Shown here piece by piece: positions 1-13,300 of a stretch of 64,000 bases of DNA; positions within the stretch are counted from its first letter, which is position 1, and each line of letters opens with the position of its first letter. The translations under genes were made by a program, and so were the position numbers. Below the pieces are notes generated by a model, which was given only the letters and a program-made list of their open reading frames with translations, was not told the DNA's origin and made no database searches. The DNA lies in contig CM082584.2 in assembly GCA_040954595.2 (NCBI GenBank), positions 9,257,061 to 9,321,060 on the forward strand, read 5' to 3'. This DNA is from Balanoglossus misakiensis. Taxonomy: Eukaryota; Animalia; Hemichordata.

Positions 1-115
1 AAGGGTGGACGAGTGATATTCTTAGGTCTACCTATTCCCAGTGGATCTAAAAGTGATTTGCTCTGTACTGCAGTGTGTACTTGGTAGCTGATTGCATTTT
101 TTTATGTGTGAACAG

Positions 116-3100
116 AGCTGGGCATTACATGATGAAATTGATGACAAAAGCAGAGAGACAATCGAGAAGATGCTGCTGGAAGAAGAGTATCCTTTTGTAC
201 GTTTTGAAAAGTTAAACACCTTATTTTCTTTGTTTTCCAAAGACTTCTCACACACTTTAAACATAGCAAAGAATTACAAGATTTTTAGGACTATTTTTTT
301 CTGAAAATATGTCGCTGAGGTGCATACTGTAGCCTTATATTCATTCGTCATTATCTATGTACATAATCCTTGACCCAAGCTCCTTGTAGGTTGTATTTCC
401 AAGGCAGAAGCATGCATCCAGATGAAACAAGTCCACCCACCACAGAAAAACCAAAATCCTCCACAAACAAAGCCAGCAGGTAAAGCTCCACTATCTGTAA
501 CTTTTGGCCAATTTTTTCTATATTTTTGTCCTGCTTATCAGTAAATTGAAGAAATGTACTTTTCTTTTGCTTGGGTGATGACACAGCTGATTGTCAGATG
601 ATTTTTTTTTCTTTCTCAGCTCCAAAGGAAGAGGAAGAAAGCCATTGTTTTCTGGTAACAGGTAAGGGAGCAGTCCTCTGTTTATTGCCAGTGAACTCAC
701 TAAGGTATATTTGCACCCTTGTTGTGCTGTGACACTCTACATGCGATATCTTTGTTCTGTGATCTGGACCACAAACTAATAAACTTATTGTCAAGATCTC
801 ATCATTTGTGTTTTGCCCGTGATTTCCTCAGGGCGAACAGACTACCATCCCACAAAATGCCGTGGACAGAGGAAGAGAAGTCGATCTTTGAACAAGGAAT
901 GGTGAGAGAGATGCAACACTTATGAAATAATCACTGCCATACATAGAGCCCTCTGGTGTTCAAACATGTCCACTAATGTCCAAGTTTACTTTAGTACAAT
1001 TTAATTTATTGTACTTTAGTCTGGTTGAATTTTTGTTACTTTAGTTCAGAGGTAAAATCCTCTTACCAGTTGCACTTATTTGTATTGCATTGTGTTTCTG
1101 TTTGTCAATAGGAAATATATGGTAGAAGTTGGACCAGAATAGCACAGCTGATAAGCACAAGGACAACACTACAGGTCAAGAACTATGCCAATCAGTATTT
1201 CAAAGTCAAGGTCAGTTTTACTGTATAGTGACCCTGGGTAACCTAATGTAATAACATAACATGTACTTGATATACAAAATAAACATACTGAAAAATACCA
1301 GCAGATAGTGGGCCCTTTAACCCTTTCTATACAATGGTTTGGTCCAAATGCATTGTTTTCTATAGTAAAGTTGGATTTCTTAAAAGGGAACTGGGGATGA
1401 AAGGGTTAATTAAAGGGCACCTATACTGACAGAATTTAGAAAAATTTAATGAAGCATAGCAACGTAGCCTTGCAATGTTTCACACAAAATATCTCTTGAA
1501 TTTTTCTCGGTGCAGGCCAGGGAGAAAGACAAAACAGACAGGGACGCGGATGCAAGTTCTTCATCGGAGACGGAATTCCATCCTCATCTTCTGAACCCCA
1601 GCGATATGCACAGTCAAGAAGAAGCCCTGGCCGCCATGAGCACTGCCTTGCCAACCATCACCACTCTCCCCAAGATGGCCGACAACCACGCTGTCAGCAG
1701 ATCGCTGAAGACCAAGAGTCCAAAAACGAGCAAGAAGATTGGACGTCCGAAAAAGAAAAGTCTTGCGGAACCTGAAGCCGTCCAGAATGTGGTTATCAAT
1801 GAACAGGAGGAGAACCCGGTCTTTGAGAACACGGAATTGGTCTCCGAGGTGGAGGGACTGAAATCACTGGGAGAGCTGATGGGAATAGAGGAATGGGTCA
1901 AGGAGGAGATGGATGAAGGGAAAGAAGAGGAGGAGGTGGATGTTGAAGTTGATATTGATGGGGAGGACGAGGGGCTGATGGATGAGGGCAGTCTTCTCAA
2001 AGGTAGAAATCTCTCCCCGCAGACAATTTACTCCACATTGCTGAAGTCAGCTGAAGGTCAGAGCGCGATTGAAAATGTGTGTGACGACTCGGACTCTGTC
2101 CACACAACAGAAGACAATAGAGGTGAATCCAATGATTGTGGTTTTCAGAGTTCCAGACCCAGTTCTGTCAGTTTATGTGGCTCTGTCGACAATGACGATG
2201 AAATGCTCATAGAGCGTGGAACTGAGAGAACTGCTACTGATTCCAGTGCAATAAACGAAAACGTTGCCACGAGTTTACCGAACCTAACGCTGGCGTCCTG
2301 TGTTCCAGCCGGTGTCAGCCAGGATGAAGAAGAGTCGTCTCTGAAACTGGAGAAAATCCACGACGACTTCGAAGAGCGGTTTCTGAAAAGCGATGAAGAC
2401 GACAGGAGATCGGAGGATTCATTTGGTGATAGATGCGGGCTGTTGATCGGGGACACTTGTTCCACCGAAAATGCTTCCACGGAATTTTCAGAGGACGAAA
2501 CCTTGATTGACTTTGCAGAAAAAAATTACAAAGAGGAAAAGCCAGGTAAGATGCAGGACTATTAGTGTGTGTTAAGACTTAAGCCTGCATAATCTTCAGA
2601 ACAGTAACCCTTGGACAAGACACCTTTTAACCCTAACTTTATCTGATCAGTGGGAAATGTGGGTCGGGTAACTGTCGTGATAGTCACAATTTTGAACAAT
2701 CTAGCATAAAATAAGGTGATAATGCATATCACCTTTACAAATACAATGTAGTAAAAGTCACTGTCATTGCAAATTAAATGTGAATGAGCCCAACAAACCA
2801 TCTGCTGCTCTAAAATAAAGTTTCTGACTGTCATTCATTCTCAGATCCCTGGGCTGACATCCCCAAAGGCACACAGGAGGTCCATATGGACAGGAGTGTA
2901 ATCACAGATGATGAGAAATCAGCACATCCTGAATTCTTTAATGGAAGGCAGCTGAAAACTCCCCAGCGTTATTTGAAAATTAGAAATTATATCCTAGAGT
3001 CATGGTAAGTCAGGCTTTTGTGTTCACAAGTGCCAGTTCACATACAATAATTCAACAGAAAACAAAGTTGTTGGAAATGACAACCGTTTTTCTTTTCTCC

Positions 3101-6100
3101 TACCCAGGGATAAAAGTAAACCTGACTATCTGACCAAGACTTCAGTGAGACCAGGTCTGAAGAACTGTGGTGACGTCAACTGTATCAGTCGAGTCCATGA
3201 ATACTTAGAACATGTTGGTGCAATCAATTTTGGAGTTGGTGAGTGGAGTTGAACTATAGTGTAAGACTCATGGTGGAGTGTAAGAATGAAGGTGAATGAT
3301 TTAAATAGTAGGAGTAGAAGTGACATTGACAGTTAATGGGCAGACATAGGTGACTGTATATTTATATATGCACCACACACACACACACACACCATAGACT
3401 ATAGTGCACACACATATGATACTTTGAAACATTATGATGGTATGACACAGAGAAGCATGGGCTTGTTGAAGTAGAACATGCAGGTATCTCATTTGGAAGT
3501 TGTAAAGTAATACTCTACAAAAAAAATTATTGAGGTTGTGGTGTAATTCACAGAGAATCCGTTCAGATCTACCAAAGCAGCTGCTAGTTCCAGCAGAAGA
3601 ACATTTACAAAAGATGAACTGATCGCCTATCAAGCAATACGGATGCAAACCATGGTAAAGTCAAATACACAGTAAAATCGTGTAGACAGAACTGTCTAAT
3701 CTTGAAACCTATCCATTGATCCATTGAGTTTTGTTATTTTGAAAGAAAACAAGAAACCTAGAATCCACTGACTTTACATTAACGACTTTCCTGACTGTGC
3801 ATCTAAACTTGTTCCATCTTCCAGCGCCCAAGGAAGAGGAAAATTCGGGATACATACGGCAACTGGATTGATGCTGATGAGGCTGAGGGTCAAACGATCG
3901 ACCATGATGGCAGTGACAGGCAGTCAACAGAAGACAACAGATCTGCAAGGTTTGTTATAGCGCCACCTCCTGGCCATCCCGTTTGCCCTGTCGTGCAGCT
4001 TTTCAGTGATACTAGTTATTTGGATATTAATTAACATGGGATAATTTGTGCTTTGACCGTTTCAGATCCAGGCCCAAGTACAACAGGCTGACTACATATG
4101 ACCCGTTCAAACTTGTGCCATGTCAGAGTTTCACATCTGATAAGCAGGTACGTGTCTCCTCAAGAGGGCGCTTATATGGTACATTCCAGAAATTTACATA
4201 TAACAGCTCATATGCCCCAGGTGTGACCAGCATTCTGATGACTTACAATTCAGCAGGATTCTGTAAGCCAGAGCAACATGGATAATGCCTAATATGAACC
4301 ACAATGTCAAAACACAATGACTTTGCTTATTCAACCTGTGTGTCTTAATTCTAGACTAAGTGGACATAACTTTCAACTGCAGGTCTAGATCAAAATGTAG
4401 TAAAAATTATTAATTTAATTTAGCAAAAAAATGACAAGTTGACTACAGCGTCGAAAGGGTTTAAACTAAAGCTTCACATCCAGGCCTAAAAGCCCCTATA
4501 CTGCATTTTGCTCGGTCCTATTGTCTTCCACAGCACGGCAGGGGTGGGGGCAGGCCTACACGCAGGAAAACAGAGCAAAGTTTGCATGCAAGTCTTCCCT
4601 GGAGACGCAACCGTCCCCGGAAGACTTTAATCAGGGCTGAACAATGCAACCGGCGACCAGGTGTACTTCAGGGCTGAGGAGAGTCAAAAGTCTGGTTTTT
4701 AGAACAATTAGAGTGTCTGCCAATCAATGAATGGTTAACCCGGGACAGCGATAAGAAACACAAGGATGCCTGTATTACCCACGAGAAAAGAAATCAGTGC
4801 AGTGTCGGGTTTAGAGCATCTGTAACCTCATTTTAAGAGGACGCGGTGACATTCGTATCTTTTGTATTCTGTAGTGTTCATTTTATCAGTTTCTCAGGTG
4901 CCGCATCAGTTAAGGCCTGATTAATCTTGCTGCTAATGAAATTCCCCCATGTGATGTGACAGCTAGTGTGTCCTGTTTTTGTGATGGAGAGGTGGGAGGG
5001 ATGTCCCGCACTTTCAGGGCCGAAATCTGCAGTTAGACGACAGGGAGACGGGATGGCAAGGATAAAACTAGTTTTTGGAGAGCTTGAATGGTTTGAAAAT
5101 AACATGGGGGCAAGCAGGCAGATAGAACTTTAGAGGAGTTTGACAGGGACTGATAGAAAGTGAAATGTGTCTTGCTGGCTGGCTGGCAGAAGAATGCATA
5201 TATTGAAATTAGCATTGATTACTGGTAATAGAGCCAAATGAACATTCGAGAAGGGGAGGGGATGGATAGAGACCAGAATAACAGTGACACTTGTAACAGT
5301 TAGAAGTGATAATGAGATTAGAGTTTGATTGACAGCTCATGATGAAATCAAGGATAGACCACCTAGGTAGGATCTGACAGGTGATAGAGTTGAGTGAGGG
5401 TACTGATTGATTGATGTTTAATCTGTCAAACCATCTCACAGAATGACAGCTAGAGATAGGTGTATACATGAAGCCAACCAGGCAGACAGATGGAGATGCA
5501 GAGACAGACACAGACTACAGACAGGCAGATGACAGGAGACAAATACCAGATAAATACTAGGGGATAATACTGTGGGACCTTGATGGTAAATCATTTGCAT
5601 AGGTGACCACTTGGGGGTAAATTCTGATATTAAAAGCTAATAGGGTCATCCTCATGCTTATCTATCATGTATTTGCCTTCATGCTGTTGAGTAGAGAGAT
5701 AAACTCGGACATGACATGGCCTAAAAACCCAATCACCCGTGATGTTACCTTTGATACAATTTTGCCATCCTTGCTCTGAGCAATATCGGCCGTGCTTTGT
5801 ACATGTGATGATATGGCAATCTGTGTCATCTCTTAGGGCAGTGTCATTAACTGATACAGAGAGGGTGTGGTGCTGCAAACACGTACTGTTAACACAGATA
5901 ATCAGCAACTAGTTCCAGGTTTCCATGCCCTTAATCACGTACCACCGAATTGGGTTGACCCCCCTGACCCCATTGTATCAAGTTCGATATTGCAGCTCTT
6001 AGGAAGAGAAATGGCTAGATTTTTCTTTTTGAATAAATATGTTGTTGGTTTTCTTTGGTTTCACTGAAAATGTTCTTCTCTTCTTGCCAGGCACCTTTCA

Positions 6101-9100
6101 GTGTCAGCATTGGAACAAATGTACTGCTGATTATGGACATGGTGAGTGGGAGTTCGGTTACTACAGCGAAACCTGAAAAACTGAACAATGTCTGAAATGG
6201 AAACTTACATCTACCTATACTGAACACTTTTACCAGATCCTGTATTTCATCAAACATGTCACCTTTGTGTTTAAATTAAATCTTTTTTATAGTCTTTTCG
6301 TTATCTGACTAGGTTTGAGTTACATACATGTTTGTGAGAAAAGTCTGACAAAAATTCTGATCTTATCCACTTCTAAACTTTCAGCATTCCCATCTTGCTA
6401 CCACCGAGGTCATAGGCTTGCTGGGAGGAACATACAGACATGACTTGAATCACTTGGAAGTGTTTGTAGCTGAGCCCTGCCACAGTCTGAGCACTGGACT
6501 GCAGTGTGAGATGGATCCAGGTAAGTGTGGTCAGGGGAAACACAGTGACACATGTTGACTGGCTATAAGGGCAACAGCATACGTCTAAAACCCTAGGGAC
6601 TGTGAGTCACCCCCAACCCATCTTTAGACGCTTTGTTTTTTGTTTTAATTTTCAGTGTCGCAGACGCAGGCTTGTGAGCAGATCAGAAAGATGGGGTATG
6701 ATGTCGTAGGCTGGTATCACAGTCACCCCAGGTTTGCTCCCAACCCATCAGTCAGGGATATTGAAACGCAGGCAAAGTATCAGGTATGTAAAATCTCCAG
6801 TTATTATTACGGAGAATTTTATCGAAGCACAACTGTAGAATTCAGGAAACCATACTTTTTAAGTTCAAAACTATTTTGTGTGTGCTCTCATCAGATAATT
6901 CGCCCATGACCGAGTGTGGTCTTCATGGCAACAATACATGTATGTATGTAACATACACATTTCATTTTATTATTTTTACAGGAATGGTTTGGGCAGGGTA
7001 ACGCTCCATTCATTGGTGTTATTGTAAGTCCATACAACAGACTCAATACCAGTACACAGTCTCAGTTCAGATGTCTGACAGTCAGTGATGAATTCCACGT
7101 CACAGATAAACACAGTAAGTTACGAGCTTTTTCTCAACTAAGACTTAGAATTGGCCAACAAGCAACAGTAGCCACTGTCATACTCCCTGCAGTATGCATT
7201 ATATCATGTCAGACAATACCAGTACACAGAACATTTTGAATGCATTGCGACTATATCATTCATGACTTGTCATGATTTGATTGCAGGGCTTCCATACCAG
7301 TTTGAATTCACCATTTTCAGTCAAGGGTCAGAAAACCTCACCAAGCTCCCCGACAAGATAACAGAGTTGGTGGAAGAATTCTCAGTGTACCATCAGTAAG
7401 TCTTTATCAGCTAGAGACATTCATTTGTTAACAGATGTCATTATTAACAAACCCCTGAAAATCGTGCTTTTTGTTGAAAATGAGGAATTTGGCATTTTGT
7501 TATTTGTCTTGTCAGCAATTCTGTCCACTTTGGTGGCTGTCATAAATCAATTTTATTAGTCTTTCATTGTACCTGTCCTCGGCTGGTACTGGACGTATCG
7601 TGGGCAAGAGCACTGTTCTTGTGTGCCAAGTTGGCAGACTTTCAGGAAAAGAACAGAGTGCTTCTGTGCCCAAATTCACGTAACCAGTCTCGAAGAGATT
7701 TCATCATGCATGAACAGGTTCCATCATGCACCAGACTGTAGATAGAAACACTTGTCAACTAATTTTGAGGAAAGCAACTTCCAATTTTTCTTCACGCTTT
7801 TAAGAGAGAATAGTCTAAAGTTGCATTGAGCAAAGCCCAACCAAACCTGTCCACCCCTAACAAAAACTGTGCTAGAACTACTCGTGTATAACTGATTGAT
7901 ATTTGCTCGTTTCCCTTTCAGTCGTGTCAACATGTTACGACAGTACAGAAGCGACTTGAGAATGTCTTACTTGGAAAAGGTAATTAGATACATGAATGCA
8001 TTAAACCTTACAACACTAGCTGGGTAACTTGTAGCATTATCTTCTTCTGATATTATCTGTCCTACTGACATACTTATTCTGTCATTCATCATTACAAAAA
8101 GTTTCCAGTCATAATAACCATCAGTCACAACATGAGATATTATTTGTTCATAGCAATCAAAATATATGATATTATCCATTTGAGTGTGACTCATTGCTCT
8201 TTTATCTGAAGGGGATGTTTCATGCGCAGACAGTTATACATTGGACTTCTGAACGAAGATCACAGATCAGTTTGCTCAGCATTGATCAATAAACCACAAA
8301 GGGATATCCTCGGTTGTTTACCACAAAATGTACCGTGACCATATAAGGCCTGTATAATTCACAGTGGTGAAGTGTGTTATTGATATGAATTATTGCAAAT
8401 GAGGGAAGTGCTGGCCTGTGTTTTTCATAAAGTATAAAGGCTCTAAACAATTTTGGAGTGGGTGTACTCTAGCGGTAGTTGGTTGTTAGGCATGATAAGA
8501 CAATGCCGGGCCTCTGTCCAACTGTATCAATGACTGTCCCGAAACCAGTACGCCTACGTGCCTGTACAACCCTGATGTCTTCGTAATTAAAAACACGCAA
8601 GTCCACCGCCGCGGCGCAAGGTCTTCGGAGTAGGGGCATCGTCCTCTGTCGTGTTAATTGCCATGAACTGGCCAATAAAGCATGGCTTGACCAAACATCC
8701 AGTCATTAATTGTGCAATGCTGGCTGTCACGTCAAGTCACCAGTCCTGGGGGTCTTTGAAGGTTGTTGCGCAAGACAAATATTTCCCTATTGCTACCATA
8801 TTATACATGACATCATACATGCACGTGAGATTTAAAACATACTCAGAATTTTTGTCTTGCTTGTCTTAGACAACACAAAGAAGCGTTTTAATTTCCTTCA
8901 CCAGTTAAATAAGATAGCTGGTACATCCAAAGTGAATTCTCTCCCCGGGAGAAATCTACAGTTGTTTTGCAACCACATGCAGTGTGTGTTTCCGTTTTCC
9001 ATTGTTTCTCTAGCTTTCGTTTTCATCATTTCTTAAGGCCCGGGGGAGTTGAATGTATAAATTTCCGAAATAATCTTTGCGTGGGAGTGGGTTTCCCAGA

Positions 9101-10341
9101 AGAAAACCATAATTACTTACTTTTTCTAACAACTCTCCTTTCATTACAAAATGTCAGAAAGAAGGGGAGAAGGGGCTGTTTTTCTGACCTCACAGTAGAG
9201 TCCCTATTTCATCATTGCAAAATTAATCCAGAAATCAAAGTCTACAATGACGTCATGGGGGTATTGTTAACCTTTGCAACACAGTACAACGACCAGTGTG
9301 TCATCTATTTCAGTCTACAAGAGCGGGCATTATCTGCTAGGTCATTCAAAAGGTTCTACTTCAAGTCTCAAAGTACAGGGTCGGTGCTTGTTGATGTATA
9401 TTGCAGTTGGACTGCATGCTCACGTCCTTTGTCTTTTTCGACGGGAGTGAATTATGTGACAAACACTTGTTTCATACACACAGATTTATAATTGCTCCTC
9501 GCTTAAAGTCCAAGAAAGGAAATAAACGAGGTCAACTCAGAACTTCACTTTTAGAACAATGACCGGATCTAGACCATTATCAACCACTTTGTGTTGTTTT
9601 CACTTTGGCTACTAAAAATGAAGAGTTTTTGAAACCTACAATCATTATTTCATGGACTCCTAATCTAATATGCCAGTCCACAATAGACTTATGATGATCA
9701 GTGAATTTGCGATTATCCGATAGGTGGACAAAGACAAGAAAACTGCCAGACTGACACATAGTATTTGCATGTAACTGTGTTTTTATGACAGTTGCATTTC
9801 AAAAATTATACCCCCCGCCCTGGTAACTGGTAACATGCTGAGTTCTGCTGACAGGCATTTTGACCACAGACTGGCCATCTGTTGTCTACAACAGACCACA
9901 GATGATCAGTGACATTTTCTGGTTGTTTCAGTTATGTCAAACTTGCATTCCAGCTGTCGATATTTTGTCATTCTTTTCAAGCTACTTTGCAAAGATATCG
10001 CCAAGTTCTCACATAAAAAAAAATGTTTTCTATTTCAGATGCTGGAGTCTATCAGGTCCTACATCCACTGCGATGACGAATTCAATCAGTGTGGTGGTCT
10101 TCTCGATTTCATCAGAGACAGTGTCGTCTCCCACTTCTGCGAGAAAACAGACCCTGGTCACATTGAGGCGACTCTCATGGAAAAATCAGGCCAGGACAAT
10201 GCTGAGGAATTCTCCGCTCTATCCGGGCAGCCGGAACATGTCCATCTGGATACTGCCGGGTCTTCCTTGGCGGAACTGGATCACAACCAGGAAGGCTTCT
10301 TCCAGGAACCTACGGAAAAGACGTGCGAAACAGAAAGATGA
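116..10341 (+). CDS. MYSM1: Histone H2A deubiquitinase MYSM1 (SANT/Myb + SWIRM + MPN/JAMM); multi-exon, 5' end lies upstream of the window
   Basis: Approximate exons: 116-186, 390-479, 620-661, 832-901, 1112-1210, 1516-2545, 2845-3004, 3108-3238, 3554-3654, 3825-3949, 4067-4147, 6091-6141, 6385-6520, 6656-6783, 6982-7114, 7287-7394, 7922-7979, 10039-10341. Motifs: IEKMLLEEE; [47 protein letters not shown]; [18 protein letters not shown]...[33 protein letters not shown]; [21 protein letters not shown]. Confidence 0.95.
187..389 (+). other. U12-type (minor spliceosome) GT-AG intron in MYSM1
   Basis: 5' splice site GTATCCTTTT at 187. U12-like branch site TCCTTGAC at 367-374, close to the AG at 388-389. 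Splicing keeps the frame (LLEE-E-LYF). Confidence 0.85.
1321..1405. mobile_element. Miniature piggyBac-like element (85 bp) in a MYSM1 intron
   Basis: TTAA|CCCTTTC...GAAAGGG|TTAA: CCC/GGG termini, 7-bp TIR, TTAA duplication at 1317-1320 and 1406-1409. Confidence 0.6.
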
Positions 10342-13300
10342 GTTTTATGTTCAGAAGGTAATCTGCCCAAAAATCAACACCATCCAATGTTCCGTGAACA
10401 TTGATACTGTAATATCCTCTTATCAGAATGTCTTAAAGACGCACAACTCCACAACACGACTTTTAATTTTACAGATTGACCACAAACAATTTAAGCCTCT
10501 TATTTGCTACATATTTATCCTTTGGCCATTCATTTCAGCCATTCTGTGCTGTACTTGAATAATATTCACAATACATGATTAAAATCCAAACTTTAAGCTT
10601 GAAAAATATGAACTGTCTCTTGTCATGCTTGAAAAAACATTGATTGTTTAAACTTGCTGACACGCTGGCTCAACCAGGGAAACACCGGGACTGTCATTGG
10701 TGGCAAACACTCAATATAGTTTTATCATCATAATGGTGAGTATACCAGGATACCTTTGATTATGTGTGTGTGTGTGTGTACACGTGAATATCTGACCGTT
10801 GCTATCTGAGCACAACGGCATTTTGTACAAAGTTGAAAATGGTTTCGACCTTTCGACCACACACACCTGCAACTCCTCAATTTTGCTGACGTGTGCCAAA
10901 TTCAGCCACTAACAGATGCAGCAGAAAATTAAAAAATCCCCAATCACAGATTTAACAGCCTAAAGCTCAATATAATTTTTATGAGTTAAAAACAAGACAG
11001 TTTAATAATATGTCATTCTGAGTTGAAATGTCATACTTTATAGTTGACGGTGTTTTCTTTTAATCTGTGGTACCCATCTTGAGGTGGGTACAGGTTAATC
11101 TTTTCTCTGACGCAACTCCCTGCACCTATCAGATTCCAGGGAACAATGATCAAGAGGTCACATGACAACTGTACTTGTGATCTACTTTATCAACATGTGG
11201 CCGCACTACATTGGTCAAAACCAGTCCCTAATCCATCTGTTTGAAAAATACCTAATAAACAAGATAAGAATGACAATGCAGGATTTGGCAATTATCGTAC
11301 ATTCTCCTCGTGGATTTTTTGTCACGCTTCTGCCCCTGCAAGTGAACATCTCAAAGTCATTGATGACGAGCGATGGTAACCCACAGCAACCCCAGAACAT
11401 CCCATAATATGAAGCTTTCTTTTCTTGAGTTTAGAACCGGTTGAGTGTGTCATGGTTTACAAATCAGTGCTGATCCGCTGAAAAATAAAGAAATTTGCCA
11501 TGTGCCTTTTTTGAGTTTCTGCCAACTTACAGTAAATGTACCCATGATTCTAAAAGACTTCAACCTATTCTGATATACAATGTAATGTACCTTGTACCAG
11601 TTCTTATGATTTGGGCTGTAAATGCGACAGTCAATCAAAAGTGGCTTTTACCTAATAAGGTAGTCTTACATCACAATGTGACGATGACCCAATTTGTGCT
11701 CGGTCACCAGCATTTGGTACGTCCGTAGCGAAATAATCTCAGATGTGGACTTTTATCTTTTATCTTATGGTGAAGTTAGCGATCGATACTTTTGTCTTGT
11801 GATAGATGGAAAATGACAAAGCTGATTTGTCTCCGATCACAACAGACTAGTCCAAAAATTGGGGGGAGAATACTTTCCCTCTATAAATGGTATAACCGTA
11901 CCCATTCCGAGGTTGCTTTGTAGGAATTTGACTAAAGTGCGCCCTCAACTGACAGATACTGACACACTACTCTTGGAATTCAAAGTGATGTCATTATTGC
12001 AAAGATCAGTCTTTTTAACCCACCCAGGTGTGAAAACACTGGCATATAGTTGTAGCAGTGTGCTAATATTATTGAAATGTACATGTCCAAGGGCGAACTC
12101 CAGCATAATCATTGCCCATTGTTAAACACTGCCCTTGAGACTGATTTGCACGATGTGTCAATACAACTGAAAGCATCAACACATACAATAAATTTTCCTT
12201 GACAAAAATGGTTCCGCACTAATTTCTACAAAGACTACATGTCGGTCCAGTTGGAGAACTGAGCGCATGCAGTTACACGTGCAAGTGAGACTGGGAACTT
12301 AAAAGCAACGTCAATTCAATACCACATCCTCAACGAAATATTTACTTGCCTGTTCTGTTATCTCAAGCTAAACCACAGCTACGCAACAGATGTACTTACA
12401 GATAATTGACAGATAGCAGGGTGCATCTCTGTCAATAACAAAAACCTTTGAACTTTATAATCCTGACTGACCACATCCCACAGAATTGATCCGATATGAT
12501 ATATTGTACGTCTTTTGAGTCTTGCAGGGTTTCACGGAATCTAGGACACCAATACCTTACGTCATTTCATACATAACTGCCACGAGATAGTTGGTTTTAC
12601 AAAATGAACACAGCAAGTAATATTTGTAAAATTCTACCTTTGGTATTGTTAGAGGGACAAAGTTACCCACTTTTGATTTAACATTTTAGTTCCTTCTGAT
12701 AGCTTCTTTATCTATCTTGTTCATCAATGAAAAACGCCAAATCACAATTCAACTAAAATCATCACCCTCAAATAAGCATGACGTCATCAAATGTCCCTTT
12801 AACAACCATGCCTGAGTTATGATGCATGAGAGGAGTGGTCCTGAACTTTGAGTCAGAGAGAGATTTCTTTCAGTGTAAAGTCTATTGGGGGAAATCTGTG
12901 ACAAGTGACATGTAGAGTCCAATAGAGGCCACTAAATTATAGTACATGAACAGGACAAACGGCCGGTTGACGTTGTTCCACACCTTGCACAAACATAATC
13001 AGAGAGGGCCCTGTAAAAAAAGCCACGCGTGGCACGTGAAGTGTAAAATATGAGAGAATGTTAATGGTGTATTGTATTCTTCTATCTTTTGCCAAAGTGT
13101 ATCACAGAGCCCAATTTTGCCTCCCAGACTTCCATCAATGCCAGAGTCCTGATATCAGAGATCATATCATGTACAAGCAGCGCAAGAATCCCCCATACCG
13201 GGTTCAGCTCCAGGTAACACGTGAACAAAACACCAAAGCCTGTTGAAGTAGACAGGTTGCAACTCACATTATCATCCTCATCAAAGCGTTATCATAAAGA

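Noticed and set aside
2626-2637. TAACCCTAAC, resembling a telomerase RNA template
   Set aside because: An isolated 10-mer in a short MYSM1 intron; I saw no pseudoknot or H/ACA context.
4460-5990. GC-richer and purine-rich (GACAG/GATAG) tract in a MYSM1 intron
   Set aside because: Probably repeat-derived, but I could not define termini, a TSD or coding remnants.
11061-12440. Short hairpins (~11061-11098, ~12405-12436) as possible pre-miRNAs
   Set aside because: The stems are too short, and I see no match to conserved bilaterian miRNAs that I can recall.
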